Below, one piece after another: positions 62,601-64,000 of a DNA stretch of 64,000 nt (positions are counted from its first letter, which is position 1; each line of letters starts with the position of its first letter). Source of the DNA: Lingula anatina (taxonomy: Eukaryota; Animalia; Brachiopoda); the NCBI GenBank assembly GCA_051362555.1, contig CM120642.1:14818001-14882000 (forward strand). The letters run 5' to 3'. Below the pieces are notes generated by a model. The model saw only the letters and a list, made by a program, of their open reading frames with translations. It was not told the DNA's origin and did no database searches. A program made the position numbers and the translations under genes.

Positions 62601-63006
62601 CCAGATGTTTATGTTTCCTCACAAATGCTGCAGTTTCTTAAGCCTTTTCTAAAATTCACACAAAAGCTGTCCTAGCTTGCACTACAAAACCAATTAATGA
62701 ATCTGAAAGTGTTAAATGTTCATGTTGGCAATTTCTAGTTTTGGATATTTTCAGATTGCTATGCATTTATTAACAAGTTTAAAAACAAAATTAAATATTT
62801 GAAGATATCTAATTCATTAATGAATAATAAGTTAGAATATTCAATTCAGTTTAAATGTCTTATTTTTACAGATGGTTCAGGATCACAGAAGCAGAAGAAG
62901 AAGTATTTTGCTCTCAAGAAAAAGTCCCACACAACCCATCTGGGTGACCTTATTGATAATATTAAGGACAATTTTCGAGATAAAAGTAAAGAAAAAGAAA
63001 ATAAAG
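47614..63006 (+). CDS. ARHGAP6: Rho GTPase-activating protein 6-like, 5' partial (continues beyond window)
   Basis: Long low-complexity first coding exon 47614-49329 ending QMWTAE|GTGAGT (phase 0). Exon 60606-60762: GNCTWCSMSGRKVVLTPTNLLSLSDKEWSALQKIALAKLQGMNLGCPIAIPK. Exon 62872-63006: DGSGSQKQKKKYFALKKK...KEKENK. These match the recalled ARHGAP6/36 N-terminal block (WKSE|GDFTWNSMSGRSVRL...LSELE...LQ.VA...IPKDG.KRKKSL). The GAP domain lies outside the window. Confidence 0.8.
50135..50149 (+). CDS. Candidate alternative first coding exon of the ARHGAP6-like gene (MQVVK)
   Basis: TATATAA at 50088-50094, ATG at 50135, strong phase-0 donor AAG|GTAAGG compatible with the acceptor at 60606. Confidence 0.4.
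59035..59091 (+). CDS. Candidate alternative first coding exon of the ARHGAP6-like gene (MLIFSRKKSSCNGRNWKAM)
   Basis: Phase-0 donor ATG|GTAAGA at 59091/59092, in frame with exon 60606. The W-K-x-x end parallels WTAE of the long first exon. TATAAAA lies upstream at 58326. Confidence 0.5.
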
Positions 63007-64000
63007 GTAAGTGGATGAAAGCACTGACTTTGCAGTCAAACATTTTCTGACCTTCAGTTCATTCACTGTTGATTGGGAATGCTTGTATTTAGAAGAGACG
63101 TACATTTAGCATGGACCAACTTTTATTTCAGAAGGCTGGTACAGTATGTTGTATGTGCCATGAAATAAGCTTTGTAAATAATGTAGAGATGGTTACTGCA
63201 TGCCATATACTAAAGGACCACTTTCAGCTTAAAATAGTCACATTAAAGCATGGACAATAATTTTTTTAAAAGTGCACTGTCATGAATTACTGTTGTTGTT
63301 ATAGAACTATTTTGCCTGTAGTATTAACATGATGTTTACTGTTGCTGTCTGTTGCAGGTTCTTTGAGATCTTTCCACTTCTGTCCCCATATACATTACTG
63401 TGGCACAACGTTGCATTAAGACCTGTTTATCTATAACTATATCAGTCTTCCCTTTTCTCCAGCTCTTTTGCTCACAGCTTTGTCTATAGTACTAATAGAT
63501 ATTCAGAAGTGAAATGAAATAATCTTACATCTCATTCCAAATTCTAGCAGATATTGATGATAAGTAGGGCACTTCAAAAAATTCTCTACCCCCCTTCCCC
63601 CATACGCACATATACAAGCTGACTCACAGTATTATGATGCTGATAATAAACACAGGCACTTAAAGCACCATCTCACTGTGGTTAAATTTAGGTGCAGACC
63701 ACACACTTTTAGACAGGAATCATCTAAATATGTCTCCTCCAGGTGTAGTTTATTAAACCTATGATCCGATTATGTTCTATAACCTTTTAATTTAGGAGCC
63801 CTTTAGCACTGGCTGCAGTTAACTTAAGGATAATATAAGGTGCATACATGATGCTTACCTGATTTGAGAGATAGGGATGATGAGTTTGGTGGATGGTGTC
63901 TTAATTGGGTCCAAATTAACAGAGAAACAAATGTGGGTACATTTTGTCCTTACCAAAAATAACAAACAAATATGCATACCCATTTATACTTACTGGCTTA

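Overview
AT-rich, intron-rich eukaryotic DNA from an invertebrate animal. It is probably a marine lophotrochozoan, but that assignment is inference. Left to right, the window holds: (1) a complete head-to-head pair of spliced genes for both subunits of the DXP-independent PLP (vitamin B6) synthase, PDX1/SNZ (minus, 7 coding exons, ~306 aa) and PDX2/SNO (plus, 2 coding exons, ~234 aa), with start codons ~1.16 kb apart; (2) a single-VWA type I membrane protein gene (minus); (3) an unrecognised secreted protein made of three tandem ~115-aa, 4-Cys helical exon modules with dibasic linkers (minus), whose first intron carries a decayed Tc1 transposase and a MITE; (4) CWH43/PGAP2IP (plus, 14 exons); (5) TEX26 (plus, 8 exons) with an intronic tRNA-Ser(UGA); (6) the 5' part of an ARHGAP6-like RhoGAP gene with several candidate alternative first exons. 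Several MITE or foldback elements are scattered through non-coding DNA. The most notable observations are the intron-bearing de novo B6 gene pair embedded among metazoan genes, with a PDX1 that lacks the usual C-terminal RGW tail, and the novel exon-repeat secreted polyprotein. Exon boundaries were assembled by eye from GT/AG sites and frame continuity. Gene names come from recalled motif similarity; no database search was run.
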